IMG/VR virus record: IMGVR_UViG_3300021197_001489
Span: 186,001 to 250,000 of that record
DNA length: 64,000 nucleotides
Direction: 5' to 3' (one strand)
Shown: positions 37,859 through 47,156 of the stretch, one piece after another
How positions within the stretch are numbered: position 1 is the stretch's first letter
Layout: every line of letters starts with the position of its first letter
Position numbers and translations under genes: made by a program
Notes under the pieces: generated by a model
Told to the model about the DNA's origin: nothing
The model's database searches: none
The model's input: only the letters and a program-made list of their open reading frames with translations

Positions 37859-38602
37859 GTGTCAATCAAACGTGTTATAGCATTTGGCGATAGTTGGACA
37901 TATGGCGACGAGCTTGTTGATCCTGCGCTGCGCCACTTAGACGAAGACCAATTCCGAGATCATTATGACAGTAACAAACCATGGCGTCTGGCTAACTGCT
38001 ATGCTGGACTTGTTGCTGATCATTATGGCGTTGAACTAGACAACATGGCTTTTCCTGGCAGCAGTCTTGAAAGCATGCGCTGGACATTGCAATGGTTAAT
38101 CAAACACAGTGGGCAAGATTTGCAGGATGCATTGTTGCTTGTGGGACTAACTGATAGTAGCAGACAAAGTTGGTTTAATCCTTTACACGAATCCAGCATG
38201 AAAGATCCACCTTGGAACAGACACATGCACGGAACGTGGCTTACACAACCCAATTCAGATATAAATGATAACTGGTTTAAATTGCAAAAATTATGGTTAG
38301 GCATGAGTTATCACAAAGAGTGGAGCGAGTTCAACTTTCAACAAACAATTAATCTGTTTGATTATGCTTCAATGACCACTGGCGCTACTGTAATACAATT
38401 CAGTGTTCTTGAAAATAATTGGACAGCTAATGTACCAACACTGCTTTATCCAGGCATGAACTGGCGCACTATATTGCAGCAAAAAAAGATGTCTGAAGGT
38501 ATACAACCTTTTGCTTCGGGCGGCCACCCCAATGAAAAAGGACATGAAATTATATCAAAACACTTGATTGAACACATAAAGCATGCTAAAATAATAGCAT
38601 AA
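37859..38602 (+). CDS. SGNH/GDSL hydrolase-like protein
   Basis: AFGDSWT, A.PGSS, VGLT..SR, GHPNEKGH. Confidence 0.7.
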   Translation: MSIKRVIAFGDSWTYGDELVDPALRHLDEDQFRDHYDSNKPWRLANCYAGLVADHYGVELDNMAFPGSSLESMRWTLQWLIKHSGQDLQDALLLVGLTDSSRQSWFNPLHESSMKDPPWNRHMHGTWLTQPNSDINDNWFKLQKLWLGMSYHKEWSEFNFQQTINLFDYASMTTGATVIQFSVLENNWTANVPTLLYPGMNWRTILQQKKMSEGIQPFASGGHPNEKGHEIISKHLIEHIKHAKIIA

Positions 38603-39579
38603 TGATAGATGTTCTAAGTTACTTGCCTAATGAGCGTAAAGCTACAGTATCTGGCTGGGTCAGTTTCAATGGGCCTTGCTGTGTTCACAACGGCGAAAGT
38701 CAGGACAAACGCAAACGTGGTGGCATACGCCAACAAGATGATGAGTGGAGTTATCACTGTTTTAACTGTGGCTTCACTGCTAGTTTTACACCCGGGCGTC
38801 CAGTAAGCTACAAAGCAAGACGGCTACTTGAATGGTTAGGCGTTGACAGTGTAGACATTGAACGTCTTAACTTAGAAAGTCTCAAGCGTAAAAGTTTGCT
38901 GGATTTAACCACTGAACGCAACCAGATACGTCATGTAGATATCAGTTTTAACGAAACTGAAGTACCCGAAGGTGTGGAACTGATTGATCCTGAACTAGAG
39001 CAGCATCAACGCTATGTTGAGTACCTGGCAAACAGGGGCATAGTGTTAGAGTATCCATTTCTAGTTGATCGCAAACGTAAACCGCGTGATAGGATTGTGG
39101 TTCCGTTTACATACAAGAACAGAATTGTAGGACATACATCACGCTACTTGGACAATCGCATGCCCAAGTTTATCAACAGTCAGCAGCAGGGTTATGTGTT
39201 TGGTTATGATTTACAAAAGCCACATTGGACAAGTGCTATTGTTACAGAAGGCATATTTGATGCACTCAGTATCAGTGGTTTGGCTGTTATGCATGACACT
39301 ATCAGCCCACAGCAAGCACAGTTACTAAAACAATTAAAGCGCAAGATCATTGTTGTGCCAGATCAGGACAAGGCCGGGTTGAGTATTATAGACGCAGCAA
39401 TTGAAAATCGTTTTGCAGTAAGCATACCAGAATGGCCCAATGCTGTTAAAGATGTTAACGATGCTGTGGTAAAATATGGTGTTGCAAGTACAATGTTGCA
39501 GATACACAACAACGCAGAAACAAGCAAGATCAAAATTGAAATGTATAAGAAACGTCTGCAAAGGAAACTAAGTGAGTAG
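38602..39579 (+). CDS. DNA primase (zinc ribbon + TOPRIM)
   Basis: PCC..YHCFNCG; VTEGIFDA; PDQDKAG; KDVND. Confidence 0.9.
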   Translation: MIDVLSYLPNERKATVSGWVSFNGPCCVHNGESQDKRKRGGIRQQDDEWSYHCFNCGFTASFTPGRPVSYKARRLLEWLGVDSVDIERLNLESLKRKSLLDLTTERNQIRHVDISFNETEVPEGVELIDPELEQHQRYVEYLANRGIVLEYPFLVDRKRKPRDRIVVPFTYKNRIVGHTSRYLDNRMPKFINSQQQGYVFGYDLQKPHWTSAIVTEGIFDALSISGLAVMHDTISPQQAQLLKQLKRKIIVVPDQDKAGLSIIDAAIENRFAVSIPEWPNAVKDVNDAVVKYGVASTMLQIHNNAETSKIKIEMYKKRLQRKLSE

Positions 39580-40261
39580 ACTTTACATATTTGGAGATAG
39601 CTACAGCACACCATACTACTGTGTTGAACCGCAGCAAAGTTGGTGGGGGCTTATAGCGAAACAACTTGGTCTTCCGGTAAGCAACTACAGCTGGCCAGGC
39701 AACAACATTGACAGTATACAGCACATTATTGTTAGCAACCAAGATCAGTTTAACAAAGATGATTTTGTTATAATTGGAATACCACCTGTAGAAAGACAAA
39801 CCATATTTAAAAAAGACGCTGCTCCAAAATCTGTAACACATTTCAATAAAGACGTAGTACAAACACACATATCTGATGTATTAAGCCACCAGGGATTAGA
39901 TCAGTGTACCATGCACGAGATGGGCAAAGACATTGTTAATGTATACAATGTTAGTTGGCAAGAAGCCAAAATACTTAAAGATATAATTATGTTGAGTCAC
40001 TGGCTTGATTCAGTTGTGGACAAACATCTTATAGTGAATCTAAGTGTACCGTTTCAACAGCCCACTGAGTGGCCTACACTTAAACATTTACAAGATCAAG
40101 CACGGAAAAATAAAAACATAAAAGTGTTTGCTGACACTTACTACAGTGTTAACCACTCAGTGAACAAACCAGTAGATTATGATACACACGGTTGGTTTGG
40201 ACATCATGGTGCTGAAGGAAACGCATTATGGTATAACAGTGTACTTAGGACAATGATATGA
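39572..40261 (+). CDS. SGNH/GDSL hydrolase-like protein
   Basis: IFGDSYS, PGNN, ER, GHHG..GN. Confidence 0.6.
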   Translation: MSRLYIFGDSYSTPYYCVEPQQSWWGLIAKQLGLPVSNYSWPGNNIDSIQHIIVSNQDQFNKDDFVIIGIPPVERQTIFKKDAAPKSVTHFNKDVVQTHISDVLSHQGLDQCTMHEMGKDIVNVYNVSWQEAKILKDIIMLSHWLDSVVDKHLIVNLSVPFQQPTEWPTLKHLQDQARKNKNIKVFADTYYSVNHSVNKPVDYDTHGWFGHHGAEGNALWYNSVLRTMI

Positions 40262-40911
40262 GATTTTATTTTAATGGATGTAGTATTACCCAAGGCGCTG
40301 GCTTTGCTAACGAAAAGTTAAATCCAAACATTTATCCTAACTTGATTGCAACTGATTATATCAATGATGCATCAGGCGGAGCAAGCAATTTAAAGATATT
40401 TTTACATTCAAGTAGAGCAATTATTGACAACTTGGCTGATATTTATATTGTGCAATGGAGCGCATTGCACCGTCATTGGGTTTATGCAGCACCAGATCAA
40501 GGTACCTATATAGGATCAGTGGCAGATTCACATCAATTAAAAGACTTTGTTGCTCAATATCAGTTGCTCAATCACGATTATGGTAATATACTACAACTAA
40601 TAGATTTTTGTCGTATTCTTCAGGCCTTGGCAAACAGTTGTAATGCCAAGTTGTTGTTTGTTAATGGACTTGTTGATTGGAGTAACAAAATTGATTGGAT
40701 GCACAAACTAGTAGAGGATGCTAGCAGTGATCATGAAAGATTTGTTGAAAACTTGCAAAACAATATGGAATTGGTAGATTGGAACTTGTGGATAAATCCC
40801 TGGAGCAGCATGTATGACAGTAGACTTGATGAAGCTAACGATGGATTACATCCAGGGCCGTTAACACATAAACACATAGCCGACCAAATAAGGGATAAAT
40901 TAATAGCATGA
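40258..40911 (+). CDS. SGNH/GDSL hydrolase-like protein
   Basis: NGCSIT, GGASN, VQWS..R, DGLHPG...H..IA. Confidence 0.7.
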   Translation: MRFYFNGCSITQGAGFANEKLNPNIYPNLIATDYINDASGGASNLKIFLHSSRAIIDNLADIYIVQWSALHRHWVYAAPDQGTYIGSVADSHQLKDFVAQYQLLNHDYGNILQLIDFCRILQALANSCNAKLLFVNGLVDWSNKIDWMHKLVEDASSDHERFVENLQNNMELVDWNLWINPWSSMYDSRLDEANDGLHPGPLTHKHIADQIRDKLIA

Positions 40912-42314
40912 CTGATTACACATATGACGTACAAAAATTATTCCTAGAGATGATAATGCAAGATGCAGAAAGCTATCTGCGTGTGCAAAATATTTTCAAT
41001 GTGGAAAACTTTGACAGAGACTTACGCGATGCAGCCGAGCTTATTTACAACCACGCTGACCAACACAAAACACTTCCAGAACGCTCGCAGCTAAAAGCAG
41101 TAACAGGTACTGACTTGCTGGAGATTCCAGATCTCAATGAGGGCCACACTGATTGGTTTTTGGGAGAGTTTGAAGCATTTACTAGGCGCAGTGAACTAGA
41201 ACGAGCTATCTTAAAAAGTGCAGACTTGCTAGAAAAAGGCGAGTATGACCCAGTTGAAAAGCTAATCAAGGACGCAGTGCAAATAAGTTTAACAAAAGAC
41301 TTGGGCACAGATTATTTTGAAGATCCGAGAGCAAGACTTGCAGCACTCAAAGACAATAACGGACAGAACAGTACTGGCTGGAACAACTTAGACAAGTTGT
41401 TGTATGGCGGATTTAACAGAGGCGAACTACAGATATTTGCTGGCGGCTCTGGATCGGGTAAAAGTTTGTTTATGCAAAACCTAGCAGTGAACTGGATGGA
41501 AGCTGGACTAAGCGGAGTTTACATTACACTTGAATTAAGTGAAGGTTTGACTGCTATGCGTATTGATAGTATGTTGACAAATACGCCAAGTAAACAGCTA
41601 TTCAAAGATCTAGATACTGTTGAAATGAAAGTAAAGATGATGGGCAAGAAAGCAGGAGGTCTGCAAATAAAGTACATGCCTGCACAAAGCAACGTCAATG
41701 ACATAAGAGCATTTGTAAAAGAACTAAGCATCAAACAAGGCAAAAGCATAGACTTTATGTGCATTGACTACTTGGATTTGCTTATGCCAGTAAGTGCTAA
41801 GGTATCGCCAAATGATCTGTTTGTGAAAGACAAGTATGTATCAGAAGAACTGCGTAACTTGGCAAGAGAACTTAACATACTGTTTGTTACAGCATCTCAG
41901 CTGAACAGAGGTGCTGTAGAAGAAGTAGAGTTTGATCACAGTCATATATCTGGTGGTATTAGCAAGATCAATACTGCTGACAATGTGTTTGGTATCTTTA
42001 CAAGCAGAGCAATGCGTGAAAGAGGACGTTATCAACTACAGCTAATGAAGACCAGAAGTTCAAGCGGTGTTGGAATGAAAGTTGATTTGGAGTTTGATGC
42101 TGAAAGTTTGCGTATACGTGACTTAGGAGATGATGAAGAGTATCAACAGTTTAAGAAACAATCAAGTTCGATTTATGATCAAATAAAAGCAAAGTCGCTT
42201 GTAACAGACAGCGAAACAGAAGCAACTGTGGCGGATGAGCCTGGCAAGATTGTTGCTGACGTACAAAGCACAAAACTTAAACAGATGTTAGCTGGCATTA
42301 AGCAAAAAGGTTAA
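40908..42314 (+). CDS. gp41: Replicative DnaB-like helicase (T4 gp41-like)
   Basis: STGW..LD, GGSGSGKS, YITLE, IDYLDL, TASQLNR, MKTR. Confidence 0.93.
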   Translation: MTDYTYDVQKLFLEMIMQDAESYLRVQNIFNVENFDRDLRDAAELIYNHADQHKTLPERSQLKAVTGTDLLEIPDLNEGHTDWFLGEFEAFTRRSELERAILKSADLLEKGEYDPVEKLIKDAVQISLTKDLGTDYFEDPRARLAALKDNNGQNSTGWNNLDKLLYGGFNRGELQIFAGGSGSGKSLFMQNLAVNWMEAGLSGVYITLELSEGLTAMRIDSMLTNTPSKQLFKDLDTVEMKVKMMGKKAGGLQIKYMPAQSNVNDIRAFVKELSIKQGKSIDFMCIDYLDLLMPVSAKVSPNDLFVKDKYVSEELRNLARELNILFVTASQLNRGAVEEVEFDHSHISGGISKINTADNVFGIFTSRAMRERGRYQLQLMKTRSSSGVGMKVDLEFDAESLRIRDLGDDEEYQQFKKQSSSIYDQIKAKSLVTDSETEATVADEPGKIVADVQSTKLKQMLAGIKQKG

Positions 42315-44005
42315 GCATACTGATCAATAGGCATTGCTTTTACGTTCTTGCGTTTTACTTTTAAAAAGTTGCTGTTGTCTTTGGTCCACATTTGTCCTTC
42401 GCCAACTATAACACTGTTACGAGCATACTTCACAGGACGGTCGACCACAAGATCAACATAACGCCCTTCGCCAACACCCAGTGTTATAAAATGTATGTAA
42501 TTTTTACTATCGCTTTTAAACACTCTACTGTTTGCTACTATTCCGGCAAACTGAAACTTGTCTAAAAACAAGTTTTGCAATCCCATGTTTGGCAAAAAGC
42601 CAGGGCTGTTCCATGCACCGTGCTCTTTGAAACTCTCAACAGGATCTTCTGTGATCCAGTTGTCAAAGCCTAAGTCACGTAGATCCCAGCCAGCACGTTT
42701 TGCTTCGTTGCGATATACCCAACGTGCATATGATCCTTGACAGTGCTTCAAGCAAGCACGCCAAAATTCTTTTGGATTGTGTACTTTATGATATGCCAAC
42801 GCCCATATAAGTCTACCCAAGTTAACTGCGTGTGCTCGGCACAAGCCAAATCCACTTAGGCTTTGCATTTGTTCGTAGATGTCATGCTTGTCTGGATGAT
42901 CACCTAGTTTTGCCATAAACTGCATCATCTTTTCTTCGTTCTTTTTGGCAAATGCTCGTCTGTACATGTCCGCTTCATAGGGATTGATGCCAATCAGTTT
43001 CATTATTTTGTGTATGGCATCGTCTTCATATACTATGGCATTCTTTTGTATGCCTTTTTCACTCCAGTCACGGAACCAACTGGCCTTGCGTCTACCTTCC
43101 ATAGCAACAGGACGTACCAAAGCACTAGCAAACACACAGTCTTCGACTCCTGTTGGCTGCAACGCTCGGAACAGTCTTTTCATGGTCGGCGATTCACCTT
43201 GTGTGACACCAAGTACATCGCCTCTGCACAACAAGTCACTGACTGCTTCATCTTGTTTTGGATATGAGTCTAGTCTTGTGTGAGGATCTATTTCTAATAG
43301 CTGTGATAATCCTCTGTTGGCCAGTATATCTACTTTCAAATGTTCCAGGTCTTCAACTTCGTTTTTGTCTAACAGTATGAGATTGTCGTCACGGAATAGA
43401 CTTTTGGGTAATGCTCTGTCAAACACAAGCACACCCCCACAGTGCTTGCTTATGCAACGTTTCTTGCCCATTAATTTGCGTTCAATGCGTTTTGCTTCTT
43501 TTTCGTCGACACCCAGTTTTGCATAATCTATGTCTTTTGGCAATCTGCCTTTTGCACCTAGACGTTTTGCTGCTTCGCGTTTTGCACTCTTTTCTCTGTA
43601 AAGCACATAGTTTGATATCCTGGCACTCTGTGTTGGCCATTTATCAAATACACGTTGCATTGCAAGTTCTTGTTTGTGATGCGGTATATCAATATCCACA
43701 TCAGGCAAGTCGTCTCTGTGTGGGTTTAAGAAACGTGCCAGTGGTATGTTCCACTCAATCGGATCAACATCAGTTATGCCCATGAGGTAGCAAACCAAAC
43801 TGCTACCAGCACTGCCGCGTGTCATGTGTGGTATGTCACTGTTGAGATCAAGTATAAGTCTTATTTTGAGAAAGTAATCTGTAAAACGCTGCTGAAGTAT
43901 AATTTCAAATTCTTCTGCTAGTCTATCTTGATATTCGTTGCCTACAGGAGTAGGTCTTCTAAATTGTTCTAATAATAATTCTATTTGCTCTAGTTCTGTT
44001 TTCAT
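42311..44005 (-). CDS. dnaE: PHP-less family-C DNA polymerase (DnaE-like), 564 aa
   Basis: RGSAGSSLVCYLMGITDVDP, PDVDID, KHCGG, KVDIL, QGES, ALVRP, GLCRAHA, C-terminal OB-like strands. Confidence 0.9.
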   Translation of the reverse strand: MKTELEQIELLLEQFRRPTPVGNEYQDRLAEEFEIILQQRFTDYFLKIRLILDLNSDIPHMTRGSAGSSLVCYLMGITDVDPIEWNIPLARFLNPHRDDLPDVDIDIPHHKQELAMQRVFDKWPTQSARISNYVLYREKSAKREAAKRLGAKGRLPKDIDYAKLGVDEKEAKRIERKLMGKKRCISKHCGGVLVFDRALPKSLFRDDNLILLDKNEVEDLEHLKVDILANRGLSQLLEIDPHTRLDSYPKQDEAVSDLLCRGDVLGVTQGESPTMKRLFRALQPTGVEDCVFASALVRPVAMEGRRKASWFRDWSEKGIQKNAIVYEDDAIHKIMKLIGINPYEADMYRRAFAKKNEEKMMQFMAKLGDHPDKHDIYEQMQSLSGFGLCRAHAVNLGRLIWALAYHKVHNPKEFWRACLKHCQGSYARWVYRNEAKRAGWDLRDLGFDNWITEDPVESFKEHGAWNSPGFLPNMGLQNLFLDKFQFAGIVANSRVFKSDSKNYIHFITLGVGEGRYVDLVVDRPVKYARNSVIVGEGQMWTKDNSNFLKVKRKNVKAMPIDQYA

Positions 44006-44021
44006 TTATTTGCCTGTTTTT

Positions 44022-44063
44022 CTATGTGCCTACGAGTAGCAACTACTACTCTATCATTTGCCT
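44022..44063 (-). repeat. 42-bp element, copy 2, in the dnaE 5' leader
   Basis: Identical in sense to gp32 leader 10022-10063; ends 16 nt before the dnaE ATG. Confidence 0.97.
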
Positions 44064-44072
44064 TAATAGGTA

Positions 44073-44104
44073 TATTTACTCCAAGAAATATGCTACTATA
44101 AATA
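44073..44104. promoter_or_regulatory. Divergent late promoters (TAAATA minus strand 44073-78; TATAAATA plus strand 44097-104)
   Basis: Match to the T4 late consensus and to the motif recurring across the window. Confidence 0.6.
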
Positions 44105-44132
44105 TTTGCAGTTAGAAGGATAATAGATCGCT

Positions 44133-44756
44133 GTGATAGATCAAAATTTAATCAACGAAAATACTAACAGTATTATTCAATCATTGACTAATGGCTTCGA
44201 ACATGACAAAGGATTTATAGAACTTTACAATATAAATTGCAGTCTTGCAGCAGAAAAATTAGATCATTATCTTGCAACTGTGCCAGAAGACCAATGGATT
44301 CCTGAAACAACCACTAAAAAAGATAAAAACGTAAATCTGAGAAAAAAAATAAATTGGCAAAGTGATAGCATAATAGAAGAACTGCACCTTAGTTACGAAG
44401 CAGTAACTCCAATTATCAATCAACTTTTTACCCAAACCAAAGAGAAAGTTTTTATTGGATTAAATGTTTGGCAAGATATCGAAGGCTATAGAATGCCTAT
44501 GCACACTGATAATCCTATAATTGCAGTAGCATTACAAGCCTATCACGGTAATACTGCACCTGAAGATTGTGGTACAAGTTTTTGTGTGCAAGATTGTATC
44601 ATTGAAATACCGTACAAACACAACAATGGTTATATTCTTGAACAGTCTGATGATTTAACAAAACGCCTGTTACATGCACCTAGCAAAACTACACCTGCAG
44701 AAGCAAAACGTCAAAGCATTTATGCAGTATGGAGCTACCCAGAATTTAAGGATTAG
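44133..44756 (+). CDS. 2OG-Fe(II) oxygenase
   Basis: WQD..GY.M.MHTD..ALQ.Y, GT.F, NNGY, H, RQSIY. Confidence 0.72.
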   Translation: MIDQNLINENTNSIIQSLTNGFEHDKGFIELYNINCSLAAEKLDHYLATVPEDQWIPETTTKKDKNVNLRKKINWQSDSIIEELHLSYEAVTPIINQLFTQTKEKVFIGLNVWQDIEGYRMPMHTDNPIIAVALQAYHGNTAPEDCGTSFCVQDCIIEIPYKHNNGYILEQSDDLTKRLLHAPSKTTPAEAKRQSIYAVWSYPEFKD

Positions 44757-45570
44757 TATCGTAATAGGAGTTGATTAACGATCCAATTCCCACTAGTTTT
44801 TCTTGATCTTTAACAACGTGAATAATTTTTGTTGGTTGCAAATTGAGTTGTTTACAAATTTCTTGGTGTGCTTTTCCGTATGTGTTCCAGTGATAGTCTC
44901 TAGGTATGCTGTTAATAATATGGTAGCCTGCACTAGCAACATTGATATTTGTTGTTGGATAATAATGATTGAGCATGGTTATGCTATCCATACGCCGTTG
45001 CCTAGACCACCTAAGGCCGCAGCGATTCCAGTCATTGGCATACTTGCTTAAACTCATTGCAACGCTTTTTATGCAAGGATGCGATAAATCAAGTTCAAAA
45101 TCCTTGCCAGCTAGCAGCCAAGCACAATCCAAATGTACATCAATGTTTTTTTGTTCGCATTCAAGTAAAATATCATTCCAGTCTTTGCGAATGTCAAGAT
45201 ATCTCCACTGCGGAATACTTACTAGCAACGGTACACCTGGTTCGAGATCACCCGGGTGCGTGGTGTTTATACCCATATAAGTGTATACACTATAATCATC
45301 AGGCAATACCTGAATTTTCCAGCCGTGAGCTCCTGCTGTGCTTTCAATAAAGTGTGTACACCCCAGTGTAAAATCAACACAGTCAAACTTATCCCAGCCG
45401 TGTACAGTGTTTAATTGTGTGCTTTTAAACCATTCGTCGGCTGCTGGGACAAAGGCTTTCATTGACAATGATTTATGTCCTTTGGCAAACCAATCTTGTT
45501 GAACACCAATTAGTAATTTATCTTTTATTGGGTTAAATCTGTTGTATTCTAAATTGTCACGAGTATACAT
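44746..45570 (-). CDS. PLP-dependent (fold I) aminotransferase/decarboxylase-like protein
   Basis: VHLDCAW, SLSK, R.G; TAATG coupling at 45570. Confidence 0.7.
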   Translation of the reverse strand: MYTRDNLEYNRFNPIKDKLLIGVQQDWFAKGHKSLSMKAFVPAADEWFKSTQLNTVHGWDKFDCVDFTLGCTHFIESTAGAHGWKIQVLPDDYSVYTYMGINTTHPGDLEPGVPLLVSIPQWRYLDIRKDWNDILLECEQKNIDVHLDCAWLLAGKDFELDLSHPCIKSVAMSLSKYANDWNRCGLRWSRQRRMDSITMLNHYYPTTNINVASAGYHIINSIPRDYHWNTYGKAHQEICKQLNLQPTKIIHVVKDQEKLVGIGSLINSYYDTNP

Positions 45571-46037
45571 TATCTTGTACCTTTGCATAAATCAATAAGC
45601 CATTGGTAAAACAAACTACCAAATTCAAATTCCCAAGTTCCGTTATGTCCAAAAATGCATTCACCATATATTGGATTTTCTAATTCAATACCAGCTGCTT
45701 TTTGCTCACTGGCCCAAGGTTCAGGATAATCTGCGTAGTACAAACTGCGATGCCAGACAATGTCTCTCACACTTATACTGTCAATAATTACGTCTGCAAT
45801 TTTTGTGATTTGATCTTGCCCTGGTTCTTTTCCGGTCCGATTTACCGTTAATTTGTGTATTTTATTGGCATCAAGCGTTACTGTGAAATCTATGCTATGA
45901 TTGCCGTTGGGCAAAATTTCGTTGCAGAAACTTTGTTCGTTGAGCAAAATTTCTACCTTTGGCGCAGCGTCAGTGTAGGCACTGTCAAATACAACGCTTA
46001 CTGCAACAGTTTCTTGGATAATAGGATTTAAGTCCAT
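45570..46037 (-). CDS. Hypothetical protein
   Basis: Overlap-coupled in operon; YPEPWA..GHNGTW motif. Confidence 0.65.
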   Translation of the reverse strand: MDLNPIIQETVAVSVVFDSAYTDAAPKVEILLNEQSFCNEILPNGNHSIDFTVTLDANKIHKLTVNRTGKEPGQDQITKIADVIIDSISVRDIVWHRSLYYADYPEPWASEQKAAGIELENPIYGECIFGHNGTWEFEFGSLFYQWLIDLCKGTR

Positions 46038-47074
46038 TCGTCTATTATATATACTCCGTTACTGCCACGATCTGGCCAATAGTCTTCGCAAGGACCAACT
46101 CGATAAATGTCTGATGTACAACAATGAATTCCTGCATCCCAGTAATACTTGGTTTTAAAATCACTGACATGCGCATTGACACCAATGCTCTCCAAATACT
46201 TAGCAGTGCTGTCATTCAGTGCGCTTACTATTATGGTGTTTTCGTCGACGGCTAAGTTGTTTACATCAAACACTGTTTCTTCAGGCATACCAATCCACTC
46301 TTCGCTAATTGAAAGTAATTGCTCGTTGTATGCTGCATAATCAACGCCTGGTAACCACCAACGTTGTCCCACCCCGTGAAACTTTGGTACAACATTTTTT
46401 AAAAAGTATACATTCCAATTTGGAAAACTTTGTTGATAGGTTTGCTGATAGTGCGAACTTATCATATGTCCTGGCTTAAATGGAAAAAAGATTCCATCCT
46501 GATGGTCGCCTGTAGTACTAAGATGCACTCGATAATCCGCACTAAGTTTTTCAGCAAAAAGGTAAGCATTTACTTTTCTTTCGGCCACTGTTGGATCATA
46601 GTCTATAATAATATCTTTGCCGGCTCGCACCACACACGGAAATTCGACCCAGGCTATTGGGTCTTGATCACGGTCTGTGATTTTTACTTTTTGCCCATTG
46701 GCTCGATAACGATCAATTGCATGTTGATACGGATCTATTCCACTATGATATTGCGGTAAGACATGCAGTGTATCGTTTAGAGTTAGAGAAAAATCACAAG
46801 GAGATATTGGAGGTTTACCCAAGCGGTCTTCGTTGTCTAGATAATCGTCAACACGGTTAAACTGCGGTTCAACAACGCTTACACCTAATTGCTCAAGTGT
46901 GTTGCGTAATACCTTAAAATCTTCTCTAGTCAATTCATTTATGTGGCAAAAAATATCTTGTATTTTAGCTGAGTAATGATCAAAAAATTTATCAGGATAT
47001 ACACCGCCAATCCAAACTTCTTTTAGCGATTGCCATTGACTGTGACTAGAAATTTTGCTATACTGTGTATGCAT
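46028..47074 (-). CDS. Amidinotransferase (glycine/inosamine-phosphate amidinotransferase family)
   Basis: SH.QW..LKEVWIG, P.D, HQDG, FDVN, WDAGIHCCT. Confidence 0.82.
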   Translation of the reverse strand: MHTQYSKISSHSQWQSLKEVWIGGVYPDKFFDHYSAKIQDIFCHINELTREDFKVLRNTLEQLGVSVVEPQFNRVDDYLDNEDRLGKPPISPCDFSLTLNDTLHVLPQYHSGIDPYQHAIDRYRANGQKVKITDRDQDPIAWVEFPCVVRAGKDIIIDYDPTVAERKVNAYLFAEKLSADYRVHLSTTGDHQDGIFFPFKPGHMISSHYQQTYQQSFPNWNVYFLKNVVPKFHGVGQRWWLPGVDYAAYNEQLLSISEEWIGMPEETVFDVNNLAVDENTIIVSALNDSTAKYLESIGVNAHVSDFKTKYYWDAGIHCCTSDIYRVGPCEDYWPDRGSNGVYIIDEWT

Positions 47075-47156
47075 CAAGTATTTACATATGTAACATAACC
47101 AGGCAATTTATTATTTAAAAAGCTACATGCGATAAATACTTCAAAGGGATAAAGCA

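Noticed and set aside
35183-44005. Mini-DnaE and 564-aa DnaE as two halves of one split polymerase
   Set aside because: Both contain the same catalytic motifs (DxD, KH.G, K.D.L), so they are redundant rather than complementary
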